64,000 bases of DNA, from positions 372,001 to 436,000 of the forward strand of contig CAXHJY010000264.1 in NCBI GenBank assembly GCA_964016885.1, given 5' to 3'. This DNA comes from Eledone cirrhosa (Eukaryota). Positions within the stretch are counted from its first letter, which is position 1. Each line of letters opens with the position of its first letter. Positions 37,312 to 54,100 of this stretch are shown here, one piece after another. The position numbers and the translations under genes were made by a program. Below the pieces are notes generated by a model that saw only the letters and a program-made list of their open reading frames with translations, ran no database searches and was not told where the DNA came from.

Positions 37312-39906
37312 CTCTCAGTCCATCCATACACATCACATGTCTATACCAACACAGTCTCCTCTCCTACACATTACATCTGATTCCTCTTATACCTAGTTTC
37401 TATCTTAGTTCAACCATTCACATCACATGTCTATACCAACAGTCTCCTCTCCTACATCTGATTCCTCTTATACCTAGTTTCTCTCCCAGTTCATCCATAC
37501 ACATCACATGTCTATACCAACACAGTCTCCTCTCCTACACACTACACCTGATTCCTCTTATATCTAGTTTCTCTCCCAGTTCATCCATATACATTACATG
37601 TCTATACCAACAGTCTCCTCTCCTACACACTACATCTGATTCCTCTTATACCTACTTTCTCTCTCCATCCATACACATCACATGTCTATACCAACAGTCT
37701 CCTCTCCTACACACTACATCTGATTCCTTTTATACCTAGTTTCTCTCAGTTCATCCATACACATCACATGTCTATACCAACAGTCTCCTCTCCCACACAC
37801 TACATCTGATTCCTGTTATACCTCGTTTCTCTCTCCAACCATACACATCACATGTCTATACCAACACAGTCTCCTCTCCTACATCTATTTCCTCTTATAC
37901 CTAGTTTCTCTCTCAGTTCATCCATACACAGCACATGTCTATACCAACAGTCTCCTCCCCTACACGCTACATCTGATTCCTCTTATACCTAGTTTCTCTC
38001 CCAGTTCATCCATACACATCACATGTCTATACCATCAGTCTCCTCTCCTACACACTACATCTGATTCCTCTTATACCTAGTTTCTCTCTCCATCCATACA
38101 CATCACATGTCTATACCAACAGTCTTCTCTCCCTCACACTACATCTGATTCCTCTTACACCTAGTTTCTCTCCCAGTTCATCCATACACATCACATGTCT
38201 ATACAAACACAGTCTCCTCTCCTACACACTACATCTGATTCCTTTTATACCTAGTTTCTCCCAGTTCATCCATACACATCACATGTCTATACCAACAGTC
38301 TCCTCTCCTACACACTACATCTGATACCTCTTATACCTAGTTTCTCTCTCAGTTCATCCATACACATCACATGTCTATACCAACGCAGTCTCCTCTCCTA
38401 CACACTACATCTGATTCCTCTTATACCTAGTTTCTCTCTCAGTTCATCCATACACATCACATGTCTATACCAACACAGTCTCCTCTCCTACATCTGATTC
38501 CTCTTATACCTAGTTTCTCTCTCAGTCCATCCATACACATCACATGTCTATACCAGCAGTCTCCTCTCCTACACACTACATATGATTCCTCTTATACCTA
38601 GTTTCTCTCTCTATCCATACACATCAAATGTCTATACCAACACAGTCTCCTCTCCTACACACTACATCTGATTCCTCTTATACCTAGTTTCTCTCTCAGT
38701 CCATCCATACACATCACATGTCTATACCAAAAGTCTTCTCTCCTACACACTACATCTGATTCCTCTTATTCCTAGTTTCTCTCCCAGTTCATCCATACAC
38801 ATCACATGTCTATACAAACACAGTCTCCTCTCCTACACACTACATCAGATTCCTTTTATACCTAGTTTCTCCCAGTTCATCCATACACATCACATGTCTA
38901 TACCAACGCAGTCTCCTCTCCTACACATTACATCTGATTCCTCTTATAGCTAGTTTCTCTCTTAGTTCATTCATACACATCACATGTCTATACCAACACA
39001 GTCTCCACTCCTACATCTGATTCCTCTTATACCTAGTTTCTCTCTCAGTTCATTCATACACATCACATGTCTATACCAACACAGTCTCCTCTCCTACACA
39101 CTACATCTGATTTCTCTTATACTTAGTTTCTTTCCCAGTTCATCCATACACATCACATGTCTATACCAACACAGTTTCCTCTCCTACACTCTACATCTGA
39201 TTCCTCTGATACCTAGTTTCTCTCTCCATCCATACACATTACATGTCAATACCAACACAGTCTCCTCTCCTACACACTACATCTGATTCCTTTTATACCT
39301 AGTTTCTCTCAGTTCATCCATACACATCACATGAATATACCAACAGTCTCCTCTCATACACACTACATCTGATACCTCTTATACCTAGTTTCTCTCTCCA
39401 TCCATACACATCACATGTCTATACCAACGCAGTCTCCTCTCCTACACATTACATCTGATTCCTCTTATACCTAGTCTCTCTCTCAGTTCATCCATACACA
39501 TCACATGTCTATAGCAACACAGTCTTCTCTCCTACTAACTACATCTGATTCCTCTTATACCTAGTTTCTCTCTCAGTTCATCCATACACATCATATGTCT
39601 ATACCAACACAGTCTCCTCTCCTACACACTACATCTGATTCCTCTTATACCTAGTTTCTCTCTCCATCCATACACATCACATGTCTATACCAACACAGTC
39701 TTCTCTCCTACACACTACATCTGATTCCTCTTATACCTAGTCTCTCTCTCAGTCCATCCATACACATCACATGTCTATATCAACGCAGTCTCCTCTTCTA
39801 CACATTACATCTGATTCCTCTTATACCTAGTTTCTCTCTTAGTTCATTCATACACATCACATGTCTATACCAACACAGTCTCCTCTCCTACATCTGATAC
39901 CTCTTA

Positions 39907-40539
39907 TAATAATAATAATAATGAAATTATTGTGTACAGTGCTCAGGTGCACTACAACTCATCAAAGGTGCATGTATAGTACATAGAATAATGTACAAAT
40001 GTCAGGAAAATAAACAGTGTATGAGTCATGATATAATAACAATAACGAAATATTGTGCACCACAACTCATCAAAAAAGTGCATGTACAGTACATAGGGCA
40101 ATGCACAAACATCAGTAAAATGAACAGTGCACGAGTCATGATACACACGTGTGCATGTGTATGGAAGGGGTACATCAGGTGTAGTTTTGGCGTATTTTGG
40201 GAAGCATGAGTGTCTTAAAGGATGCAGTGTCTCGGCAGCTAACAATTGACGCAGGCAGTTTGTTCCATGCTTCAGCAACTCTGAGCGTGAAAAAATGTCT
40301 GCGAAAGTCATGGGAGCTGTGCTGTTTTCTTATCTTGTAGGCATGTCCACGTGTGTTAGACACATGGAGATCAAAGAGGCGCTCAGGGTTGCAGTTGGCG
40401 AGATGGTTAAAAACTTTGTGGGTATTCACCAAGTCCATTGTCAGACGTCGGAGCTTCAATGAATCCATGCCCAGGGAAGCAAGGCGTTCAGAGTATGGTA
40501 GGTGACTGATGGAGAGTATGCGCTTGGTTGCACGTCTCT
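39907..40539 (-). mobile_element. CR1-clade short insertion, copy 2 (15-bp deletion in the 3' UTR)
   Basis: Same junctions as copy 1; lacks AGTGCCCAGGTGCAC between GTGCAC direct repeats. Confidence 0.92.
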
Positions 40540-43437
40540 ATACCTAGTTTCTCTCTCAGTCCATCCATACACATCACATGTCTATACCAACAGTCTCCTC
40601 TCCTACACACTACATCTGATTTCTCTTATACTTAGTTTCTTTCCCAGTTCATCCATACACATCACATGTCTATACCAACAGTCTCCTCTCCTACACACTA
40701 CATCTGATACCTCTTATACCTAGTTTCTCTCTCCATCCATACACATCACATGTCTATACCAACGCATTCTCCTCTCCTACACACTACATCTGATTCCTCT
40801 TATACCTAGTCTCTCTCTCAGTTCATCCATACACATCACATGTCTATACCAACACAGTCTCCTCTCCTACATCTCATTCCTCTTATACCTAGTTTCTCTC
40901 TCAGTCCATCCATACACATCACATGTCTATACCAGCAGTCTCCTCTCCTACACACTACATATGATTCCTCTTATACCTAGTTTCTCTCTCCATCCATACA
41001 CATCACATGTCTATACCAACACAGTCTCCTCTCCTACACACTACATCTGATTCCTCTTATACCTAGTTTCTCTCTCAGTTCATCCATAAACATCACATGT
41101 CTATACCAACATAGTCTCCTCTCCTACACTCTACATCTGATTCCTCTTATACGTAGTTTCACTCTCAGTCCATGCATACACATCACATGTCTATACCAAC
41201 AAAGTCTCCTCTCCTACACACTACATCTTAGTCCTCTTATACCTATTTTCTCTCTCAGTCCATCCATACACATCACATGTCTATACCAACACAGTCTCCT
41301 CTCCTACACACTACATCTGATTCCTCTTATACCTAGTTTCTCTCTCAGTCCATCCATACACATCACATGTCTATACCAACACAGTCTCCTCTCCTACATC
41401 TGATTCCTCTTATACCTAGTTTCTCTCTCAGTTAATTCATACACATCACATGTCTATACCAACACAGTTTCCTCTCCTACACACTACATCTGATTTCTCT
41501 TATACTTAGTTTCTTTCCCAGTTCATCCATACACATCACATGTCTATACAAACACAGTCTCCTCTCCTACACACTACATCTGATTCCTCTTATACGTAGT
41601 TTCTCTCTCCATCCATACACATCACATGTCTATACCAATACAGTCTCCTCTCCTACACACTACATCTGATTCCTCTTATACCTAGTTTCTCTCCCAGTTC
41701 ATCCATACACATCATATGTCTATACCAACGCAGTCTCCTCTCCTACACACTACATCTGATTCCTCTGATACCTAGTTTCTGTTTCCATCCATACACATCA
41801 CATGTCTATACCAACAGTCTCCTCTCCTACACACTACATCTGATTTCTCTTATACTTAGTTTCTTTCCCAGTTCATCCATACACATCACATGTCTATACC
41901 AACACAGTCTCCTCTCCTACACACTACATCTGATTCCTCTTATACCTAGTTTCTCTCTCAGTTCATCCATACACATCACATGTCTATAGCAACATAGTCT
42001 CCTCTCCTACACACTACATCTGATTCCTCTTATACCTAGTTTCTCTCCCAATTCATCCATACACATCACATGTCTATACCAACACAGTCTCCTCTCCTAC
42101 ACACTACATCTGATTCCTCTTATACCTAGTTTCTCTCTCAGTTCATCCATAAACATCACATGTCTATACCAACATAGTCTCCTCTCCTACACTCTACATC
42201 TGATTCCTCTTATACATAGTTTCACTCTCAGTCCATGCATACACATCACATGTCTATACCAACAAAGTCTCCTCTCCTACACACTACATCTGATTCCTCT
42301 TATACCTATTTTCTCTCTCAGTCCATCCATACACATCACATGTCTATACCAACACAGTCTCCTCTCCTACACACTACATCTGATTTCTCTTATACTTAGT
42401 TTCTTTCCCAGTTCATCCATACACATCACATGTCTATACCAACAGTCTCCTCTCTTACACACTACATCTGATACCTCTTATACCTAGTTTCTCTCTCCAT
42501 CCATACACATCACATGTCTATACCAACGCATTCTCCTCTCCTACACACTACATCTGATTCCTCTTATACCTAGTCTCTCTCTCAGTTCATCCATACACAT
42601 CACATGTCTATACCAACACAGTCTCCTCTCCTACATCTCATTCCTCTTATACCTAGTTTCTCTCTCAGTCCATCCATACACATCACATGTCTATACAAAC
42701 ACAGTCTCCTCTCCTACACACTACATCTGATTCCTTTTATACTTAGTTTCTCCCAGTTCATCCATACACATCACATGTCTATACCAACAGTCTCCTCTCC
42801 TACACACTACATCTGATACCTCTTATACCTAGTTTCTCTCTCAGTTCATCCATACACATCACATGTCTATACCAACGCAGTCTCCTCTCCTACACACTAC
42901 ATCTGATTCCTCTTATACCTAGTTTCTCTCTCAGTTCATCCATACACATCACATGTCTATACCAACACAGTCTCCTCTCCTACATCTCATTCCTCTTATA
43001 CCTAGTTTCTCTCTCAGTCCATCCATACACATCACATGTCTATACAAACACAGTCTCCTCTCCTACACACTACATCTGATTCCTTTTATACCTAGTTTCT
43101 CCCAGTTCATCCATACACATCACATGTCTATACCAACAGTCTCCTCTCCTACACACTACATCTGATACCTCTTATACCTAGTTTCTCTCTCAGTTCATCC
43201 ATACACATCACATGTCTATACCAACGCAGTCTCCTCTCCTACACACTACATCTGATTCCTCTTATACCTAGTTTCTCTCTCAGTTCATCCATACACATCA
43301 CATGTCTATACCAACACAGTCTCCTCTCCTACACACTACATCTGATTCCTTTTATACCTAGTTTCTCTCTTAGTTCATTCATACACATCACATGTCTATA
43401 CCAACACAGTCTCCTCTCCTACATCTGATTCCTCTTA

Positions 43438-44085
43438 TAATAATAATAATAATGAAATTATTGTGTACAGTGCTCAGGTGCACTACAACTCATCAAAGGT
43501 GCATGTATAGTACATAGAATAATGTACAAATGTCAGGAAAATAAACAGTGTATGAGTCATGATATAATAACAATAACGAAATATTGTGCACAGTGCCCAG
43601 GTGCACCACAACTCATCAAAAAAGTGCATGTACAGTACATAGGGCAATGCACAAACATCAGTAAAATGAACAGTGCACGAGTCATGATACACACGTGTGC
43701 ATGTGTATGGAAGGGGTACATCAGGTGTAGTTTTGGCGTATTTTGGGAAGCATGAGTGTCTTAAAGGATGCAGTGTCTCGGCAGCTAACAATTGACGCAG
43801 GCAGTTTGTTCCATGCTTCAGCAACTCTGAGCGTGAAAAAATGTCTCCGAAAGTCATGGGAGCTGTGCTGTTTTCTTATCTTGTAGGCATGTCCACGTGT
43901 GTTAGACACATGGAGATCAAAGAGGCGCTCAGGGTTGCAGTTGGCGAGATGGTTAAAAACTTTGTGGGTATTCACCAAGTCCATTGCCAGACGTCGGAGC
44001 TTCAATGAATCCATGCCCAGGGAAGCAAGGCGTTCAGAGTATGGTAGGTGACTGATGGAGAGTATGCGCTTGGTTGCACGTCTCT
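43438..44085 (-). mobile_element. CR1-clade short insertion, copy 3
   Basis: Same junctions as copies 1-2; carries the TGTCTCCGAA variant. Confidence 0.92.
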
Positions 44086-47000
44086 ATACCTAGTTTCTCT
44101 CTCAGTCCATCCATACACATCACATGTCTATACCAACAGTCTCCTCTCCTACACACTACATCTGATTTCTCTTATACTTAGTTTCTTTCCCAGTTCATCC
44201 ATACACATCACATGTCTATACCAACAGTCTCCTCTCCTACACACTACATCTGATACCTCTTATACCTAGTTTCTCTCTCCATCCATACACATCACATGTC
44301 TATACCAACGCATTCTCCTCTCCTACACACTACATCTGATTCCTCTTATACCTAGTCTCTCTCTCAGTTCATCCATACACATCACATGTCTATACCAACA
44401 CAGTCTCCTCTCCTACATCTCATTCCTCTTATACCTAGTTTCTCTCTCAGTCCATCCATACACATCACATGTCTATACCAGCAGTCTCCTCTCCTACACA
44501 CTACATATGATTCCTCTTATACCTAGTTTCTCTCTCCATCCATACACATCACATGTCTATACCAACACAGTCTCCTCTCCTACACACTACATCTGATTCC
44601 TCTTACACCTAGTTTCTCTCTCAGTTCATCTATAAACATCACATGTCTATACCAACATAGTCTCCTCTCCTACACTCTACATCTGATTCCTCTTATACAT
44701 AGTTTCACTCTCAGTCCATGCATACACATCACATGTCTATACCAACAAAGTCTCCTCTCCTACACACTACATCTTAGTCCTCTTATACCTATTTTCTCTC
44801 TCAGTCCATCCATACACATCACATGTCTATACCAACACAGTCTCCTCTCCTACACACTACATCTGATTCCTCTTATACCTAGTTTCTCTCTCAGTCCATC
44901 CATACACATCACATGTCTATACCAACACAGTCTCCTCTCCTACATCTGATTCCTCTTATACCTAGTTTCTCTCTCAGTTAATTCATACACATCACATGTC
45001 TATACCAACACAGTTTCCTCTCCTACACACTACATCTGATTTCTCTTATACTTAGTTTCTTTCCCAGTTCATCCATACACATCACATGTCTATACAAACA
45101 CAGTCTCCTCTCCTACACACTACATCTGATTCCTCTTATACGTAGTTTCTCTCTCCATCCATACACATCACATGTCTATACCAATACAGTCTCCTCTCCT
45201 ACACACTACATCTGATTCCTCTTATACCTAGTTTCTCTCCCAGTTCATCCATACACATCATATGTCTATACCAACGCAGTCTCCTCTCCTACACACTACA
45301 TCTGATTCCTCTCATACCTAGTTTCTGTTTCCATCCATACACATCACATGTCTATACCAACAGTCTCCTCTCCTACACACTACATCTGATTTCTCTTATA
45401 CTTAGTTTCTTTCCCAGTTCATCCATACACATCACATGTCTATACCAACACAGTCTCCTCTCCTACACACTACATCTGATTCCTCTTATACCTAGTTTCT
45501 CTCCCAATTCATCCATACACATCACATGTCTATACCAACACAGTCTCCTCTCCTACACACTACATCTGATTCCTCTTATACCTAGTTTCTCTCTCAGTTC
45601 ATCCATACACATCACATGTCTATAGCAACACAGTCTCCTCTCCTACACACTACATCTGATTCCTCTTATACCTAGTTTCTCTCCCAATTCATCCATACAC
45701 ATCACATGTCTATACCAACACAGTCTCCTCTCCTACACACTACATCTGATTCCTCTTATACCTAGTTTCTCTCTCAGTTCATCCATAAACATCACATGTC
45801 TATACCAACATAGTCTCCTCTCCTACACTCTACATCTGATTCCTCTTATACATAGTTTCACTCTCAGTCCATGCATACACATCACATGTCTATACCAACA
45901 AAGTCTCCTCTCCTACACACTACATCTGATTCCTCTTATACCTATTTTCTCTCTCAGTCCATCCATACACATCACATGTCTATACCAACACAGTCTCCTC
46001 TCCTACACACTACATCTGATTTCTCTTATACTTAGTTTCTTTCCCAGTTCATCCATACACATCACATGTCTATACCAACAGTCTCCTCTCCTACACACTA
46101 CATCTGATACCTCTTATACCTAGTTTCTCTCTCCATCCATACACATCACATGTCTATACCAACGCATTCTCCTCTCCTACACACTACATCTGATTCCTCT
46201 TATACCTAGTCTCTCTCTCAGTTCATCCATACACATCACATGTCTATACCAACACAGTCTCCTCTCCTACATCTCATTCCTCTTATACCTAGTTTCTCTC
46301 TCAGTCCATCCATACACATCACATGTCTATACAAACACAGTCTCCTCTCCTACACACTACATCTGATTCCTTTTATACCTAGTTTCTCCCAGTTCATCCA
46401 TACACATCACATGTCTATACCAACAGTCTCCTCTCCTACACACTACATCTGATACCTCTTATACCTAGTTTCTCTCTCAGTTCATCCATACACATCACAT
46501 GTCTATACCAACGCAGTCTCCTCTCCTACACTCTACATCTGATTCCTCTTATACCTAGTTTCTCTCTCAGTTCATCCATACACATCACATGTCTATACCA
46601 ACACAGTCTCCTCTCCTACACACTACATCTGATTCCTTTTATACCTAGTTTCTCTCTTAGTTCATTCATACACATCACATGTCTATACCAACACAGTCTC
46701 CTCTCCTACATCTGATTCCTCTTATACCTAGTTTCTCTCTCAGTTCATTCATACACATCACATGTCTATACCAACACAGTTTCCTCTCCTACACACTACA
46801 TCTGATTTCTCTTATACTTAGTTTCTCTCCCAATTCATCCATACACATCACATGTCTATACCAACAGTCTCCTCTCCTACACACTACATCTGATTCCTCT
46901 TATACCTAGTTTCTCTCTCAGTTCATCCATACACATCACATGTCTATAGCAACATAGTCTCCTCTCCTACACACTACATCTGATTCCTCTTATACCTAGT

Positions 47001-50000
47001 TTCTCTCCCAATTCATCCATACACATCACATGTCTATACCAACACAGTCTCCTCTCCTACACACTACATCTGATTCCTCTTATACCTAGTTTCTCTCTCA
47101 GTTCATCCATAAACATCACATGTCTATACCAACATAGTCTCCTCTCCTACACTCTACATCTGATTCCTCTTATACATAGTTTCACTCTCAGTCCATGCAT
47201 ACACATCACATGTCTATACCAACAAAGTCTCCTCTCCTACACACTACATCTGATTCCTCTTATACCTATTTTCTCTCTCAGTCCATCCATACACATCACA
47301 TGTCTATACCAACACAGTCTCCTCTCCTACACACTACATCTGATTTCTCTTATACTTAGTTTCTTTCCCAGTTCATCCATACACATCACATGTCTATACC
47401 AACAGTCTCCTCTCCTACACACTACATCTGATACCTCTTATACCTAGTTTCTCTCTCCATCCATATACATCACATGTCTATACCAACGCATTCTCCTCTC
47501 CTACACACTACATCTGATTCCTCTTATACCTAGTCTCTCTCTCAGTTCATCCATACACATCACATGTCTATACCAACACAGTCTCCTCTCCTACATCTCA
47601 TTCCTCTTATACCTAGTTTCTCTCTCAGTCCATCCATACACATCACATGTCTATACCAGCAGTCTCCTCTCCTACACACTACATATGATTCCTCTTATAC
47701 CTAGTTTCTCTCTCCATCCATACACATCACATGTCTATACCAACACAGTCTCCTCTCCTACACACTACATCTGATTCCTCTTATACCTAGTTTCTCTCTC
47801 AGTTCATCCATAAACATCACATGTCTATACCAACATAGTCTCCTCTCCTACACTCTACATCTGATTCCTCTTATACATAGTTTCACTCTCAGTCCATGCA
47901 TACACATCACATGTCTATACCAACAAAGTCTCCTCTCCTACACACTACATCTTAGTCCTCTTATACCTATTTTCTCTCTCAGTACATCCATACACATCAC
48001 ATGTCTATACCAACACAGTCTCCTCTCCTACACACTACATCTGATTCCTCTTATACCTAGTTTCTCTCTCAGTCCATCCATACACATCACATGTCTATAC
48101 CAACACAGTCTCCTCTCCTACATCTGATTCCTCTTATACCTAGTTTCTCTCTCAGTTAATTCATACACATCACATGTCTATACCAACACAGTTTCCTCTC
48201 CTACACACTACATCTGATTTCTCTTATACTTAGTTTCTTTCCCAGTTCATCCATACACATCACATGTCTATACAAACACAGTCTCCTCTCCTACACACTA
48301 CATCTGATTCCTCTTATACGTAGTTTCTCTCTCCATCCATACACATCACATGTCTATACCAATACAGTCTCCTCTCCTACACACTACATCTGATTCCTCT
48401 TATACCTAGTTTCTCTCCCAGTTCATCCATACACATCATATGTCTATACCAACGCAGTCTCCTCTCCTACACACTACATCTGATTCCTCTCATACCTAGT
48501 TTCTGTTTCCATCCATACACATCACATGTCTATACCAACAGTCTCCTCTCCTACACACTACATCTGATTCCTCTTATACCTAGTTTCTCTCCCAATTCAT
48601 CCATACACATCACATGTCTATACCAACACAGTCTCCTCTCCTACACACTACATCTGATTCCTCTTATACCTAGTTTCTCTCTCAGTTCATCCATACACAT
48701 CACATGTCTATACCAACACAGTCTCCTCTCCTACACACTACATCTGATTCCTCTTATACCTAGTTTCTCTCCCAAATCATCCATACACATCACATGTCTA
48801 TACCAACACAGTCTCCTCTCCTACACACTACATCTGATTCCTCTTATACCTAGTTTCTCTCTCAGTTCATCCATAAACATCACATGTCTATACCAACATA
48901 GTCTCCTCTCCTACACTCTACATCTGATTCCTCTTATACATAGTTTCACTCTCAGTCCATGCATACACATCACATGTCTATACCAACAAAGTCTCCTCTC
49001 CTACACACTACATCTTAGTCCTCTTATACCTATTTTCTCTCTCAGTCCATCCATACACATCACATGTCTATACCAACACAGTCTCCTCTCCTACACACTA
49101 CATCTGATTCCTCTTATACCTAGTTTCTCTCTCAGTCCATCCATACACATCACATGTCTATACCAACACAGTCTTCTCTATCTGATTCCTCTTATACCTA
49201 GTTTCTCTCTCAGTTAATTCATACACATCACATGTCTATACCAACACAGTTTCCTCTCCTACACACTACATCTGATTTCTCTTATACTTAGTTTCTTTCC
49301 CAGTTCATCCATACACATCACATGTCTATACAAACACAGTCTCCTCTCCTACACACTACATCTGATTCCTCTTATACGTAGTTTCTCTCTCCATCCATAC
49401 ACATCACATGTCTATACCAATACAGTCTCCTCTCCTACACACTACATCTGATTCCTCTTATACCTAGTTTCTCTCCCAGTTCATCCATACACATCATATG
49501 TCTATACCAACGCAGTCTCCTCTCCTACACACTACATCTGATTCCTCTCATACCTAGTTTCTGTTTCCATCCATACACATCACATGTCTATACCAACAGT
49601 CTCCTCTCCTACACACTACATCTGATTTCTCTTATACTTAGTTTCTTTCCCAGTTCATCCATACACATCACATGTCTATACCAACACAGTCTCCTCTCCT
49701 ACACACTACATCTGATTCCTCTTATACCTATTTTCTCTCTCAGTCCATCCATACACATCACATGTCTATACCAACACAGTCTCCTCTCCTACATCTGATT
49801 CCTCTGATACCTAGTTTCTCTCTCAGTTCATTCATACACATCACATGTCTATACCAACACAGTTTCCTCTCCTACACACTACATCTGATTTCTCTTATAC
49901 TTAGTTTCTCTCCCAATTCATCCATACACATCACATGTCTATACCAACACAGTCTCCTCTCCTACACACTACATCTGATTCCTCTTATACCTAGTTTCTC

Positions 50001-50516
50001 TCTCAGTTCATCCATACACATCACATGTCTATAGCAACAGAGTCTCCTCTCCTACACACTACATCTCATTCCTCTTATACCTAGTTTCTCTCTCAGTCCA
50101 TCCATACACATCACATGTCTATACAAACACAGTCTCCTCTCCTACACACTACATCTGATTCCTTTTATACCTAGTTTCTCCCAGTTCATCCATACACATC
50201 ACATGTCTATACCAACAGTCTCCTCTCCTACACACTACATCTGATACCTCTTATACCTAGTTTCTCTCTCAGTTCATCCATACACATCACATGTCTATAC
50301 CAACGCAGTCTCCTCTCCTACACACTACATCTGATTCCTCTTATACCTAGTTTCTCTCTCAGTTCATCCATACACATCACATGTCTATACCAACACAGTC
50401 TCCTCTCCTACACACTACATCTGATTCCTTTTATACCTAGTTTCTCTCTTAGTTCATTCATACACATCACATGTCTATACCAACACAGTCTCCTCTCCTA
50501 CATCTGATTCCTCTTA

Positions 50517-51164
50517 TAATAATAATAATAATGAAATTATTGTGTACAGTGCTCAGGTGCACTACAACTCATCAAAGGTGCATGTATAGTACATAGAATA
50601 ATGTACAAATGTCAGGAAAATAAACAGTGTATGAGTCATGATATAATAACAATAACGAAATATTGTGCACAGTGCCCAGGTGCACCACAACTCATCAAAA
50701 AAGTGCATGTACAGTACATAGGGCAATGCACAAACATCAGTAAAATGAACAGTGCACGAGTCATGATACACACGTGTGCATGTGTATGGAAGGGGTACAT
50801 CAGGTGTAGTTTTGGCGTATTTTGGGAAGCATGAGTGTCTTAAAGGATGCAGTGTCTCGGCAGCTAACAATTGACGCAGGCAGTTTGTTCCATGCTTCAG
50901 CAACTCTGAGCGTGAAAAAATGTCTCCGAAAGTCATGGGAGCTGTGCTGTTTTCTTATCTTGTAGGCATGTCCACGTGTGTTAGACACATGGAGATCAAA
51001 GAGGCGCTCAGGGTTGCAGTTGGCGAGATGGTTAAAAACTTTGTGGGTATTCACCAAGTCCATTGCCAGACGTCGGAGCTTCAATGAATCCATGCCCAGG
51101 GAAGCAAGGCGTTCAGAGTATGGTAGGTGACTGATGGAGAGTATGCGCTTGGTTGCACGTCTCT
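50517..51164 (-). mobile_element. CR1-clade short insertion, copy 4
   Basis: Apparently identical to copy 3, exactly 7079 bp downstream. Confidence 0.92.
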
Positions 51165-54100
51165 ATACCTAGTTTCTCTCTCAGTCCATCCATACACATC
51201 ACATGTCTATACCAACAGTCTCCTCTCCTACACACTACATCTGATTTCTCTTATACTTAGTTTCTTTCCCAGTTCATCCATACACATCACATGTCTATAC
51301 CAACAGTCTCCTCTCCTACACACTACATCTGATACCTCTTATACCTAGTTTCTCTCTCCATCCATACACATCACATGTCTATACCAACGCATTCTCCTCT
51401 CCTACACACTACATCTGATTCCTCTTATACCTAGTCTCTCTCTCAGTTCATCCATACACATCACATGTCTATACCAACACAGTCTCCTCTCCTACATCTC
51501 ATTCCTCTTATACCTAGTTTCTCTCTCAGTCCATCCATACACATCACATGTCTATACCAGCAGTCTCCTCTCCTACACACTACATATGATTCCTCTTATA
51601 CCTAGTTTCTCTCTCCATCCATACACATCACATGTCTATACCAACACAGTCTCCTCTCCTACACACTACATCTGATTCCTCTTACACCTAGTTTCTCTCT
51701 CAGTTCATCTATAAACATCACATGTCTATACCAACATAGTCTCCTCTCCTACACTCTACATCTGATTCCTCTTATACATAGTTTCACTCTCAGTCCATGC
51801 ATACACATCACATGTCTATACCAACAAAGTCTCCTCTCCTACACACTACATCTTAGTCCTCTTATACCTATTTTCTCTCTCAGTCCATCCATACACATCA
51901 CATGTCTATACCAACACAGTCTCCTCTCCTACACACTACATCTGATTCCTCTTATACCTAGTTTCTCTCTCAGTCCATCCATACACATCACATGTCTATA
52001 CCAACACAGTCTCCTCTCCTACATCTGATTCCTCTTATACCTAGTTTCTCTCTCAGTTAATTCATACACATCACATGTCTATACCAACACAGTTTCCTCT
52101 CCTACACACTACATCTGATTTCTCTTATACTTAGTTTCTTTCCCAGTTCATCCATACACATCACATGTCTATACAAACACAGTCTCCTCTCCTACACACT
52201 ACATCTGATTCCTCTTATACGTAGTTTCTCTCTCCATCCATACACATCACATGTCTATACCAATACAGTCTCCTCTCCTACACACTACATCTGATTCCTC
52301 TTATACCTAGTTTCTCTCCCAGTTCATCCATACACATCATATGTCTATACCAACGCAGTCTCCTCTCCTACACACTACATCTGATTCCTCTCATACCTAG
52401 TTTCTGTTTCCATCCATACACATCACATGTCTATACCAACAGTCTCCTCTCCTACACACTACATCTGATTTCTCTTATACTTAGTTTCTTTCCCAGTTCA
52501 TCCATACACATCACATGTCTATACCAACACAGTCTCCTCTCCTACACACTACATCTGATTCCTCTTATACCTAGTTTCTCTCCCAATTCATCCATACACA
52601 TCACATGTCTATACCAACACAGTCTCCTCTCCTACACACTACATCTGATTCCTCTTATACCTAGTTTCTCTCTCAGTTCATCCATACACATCACATGTCT
52701 ATAGCAACACAGTCTCCTCTCCTACACACTACATCTGATTCCTCTTATACCTAGTTTCTCTCCCAATTCATCCATACACATCACATGTCTATACCAACAC
52801 AGTCTCCTCTCCTACACACTACATCTGATTCCTCTTATACCTAGTTTCTCTCTCAGTTCATCCATAAACATCACATGTCTATACCAACATAGTCTCCTCT
52901 CCTACACTCTACATCTGATTCCTCTTATACATAGTTTCACTCTCAGTCCATGCATACACATCACATGTCTATACCAACAAAGTCTCCTCTCCTACACACT
53001 ACATCTGATTCCTCTTATACCTATTTTCTCTCTCAGTCCATCCATACACATCACATGTCTATACCAACACAGTCTCCTCTCCTACACACTACATCTGATT
53101 TCTCTTATACTTAGTTTCTTTCCCAGTTCATCCATACACATCACATGTCTATACCAACAGTCTCCTCTCCTACACACTACATCTGATACCTCTTATACCT
53201 AGTTTCTCTCTCCATCCATACACATCACATGTCTATACCAACGCATTCTCCTCTCCTACACACTACATCTGATTCCTCTTATACCTAGTCTCTCTCTCAG
53301 TTCATCCATACACATCACATGTCTATACCAACACAGTCTCCTCTCCTACATCTCATTCCTCTTATACCTAGTTTCTCTCTCAGTCCATCCATACACATCA
53401 CATGTCTATACAAACACAGTCTCCTCTCCTACACACTACATCTGATTCCTTTTATACCTAGTTTCTCCCAGTTCATCCATACACATCACATGTCTATACC
53501 AACAGTCTCCTCTCCTACACACTACATCTGATACCTCTTATACCTAGTTTCTCTCTCAGTTCATCCATACACATCACATGTCTATACCAACGCAGTCTCC
53601 TCTCCTACACTCTACATCTGATTCCTCTTATACCTAGTTTCTCTCTCAGTTCATCCATACACATCACATGTCTATACCAACACAGTCTCCTCTCCTACAC
53701 ACTACATCTGATTCCTTTTATACCTAGTTTCTCTCTTAGTTCATTCATACACATCACATGTCTATACCAACACAGTCTCCTCTCCTACATCTGATTCCTC
53801 TTATACCTAGTTTCTCTCTCAGTTCATTCATACACATCACATGTCTATACCAACACAGTTTCCTCTCCTACACACTACATCTGATTTCTCTTATACTTAG
53901 TTTCTCTCCCAATTCATCCATACACATCACATGTCTATACCAACAGTCTCCTCTCCTACACACTACATCTGATTCCTCTTATACCTAGTTTCTCTCTCAG
54001 TTCATCCATACACATCACATGTCTATAGCAACATAGTCTCCTCTCCTACACACTACATCTGATTCCTCTTATACCTAGTTTCTCTCCCAATTCATCCATA

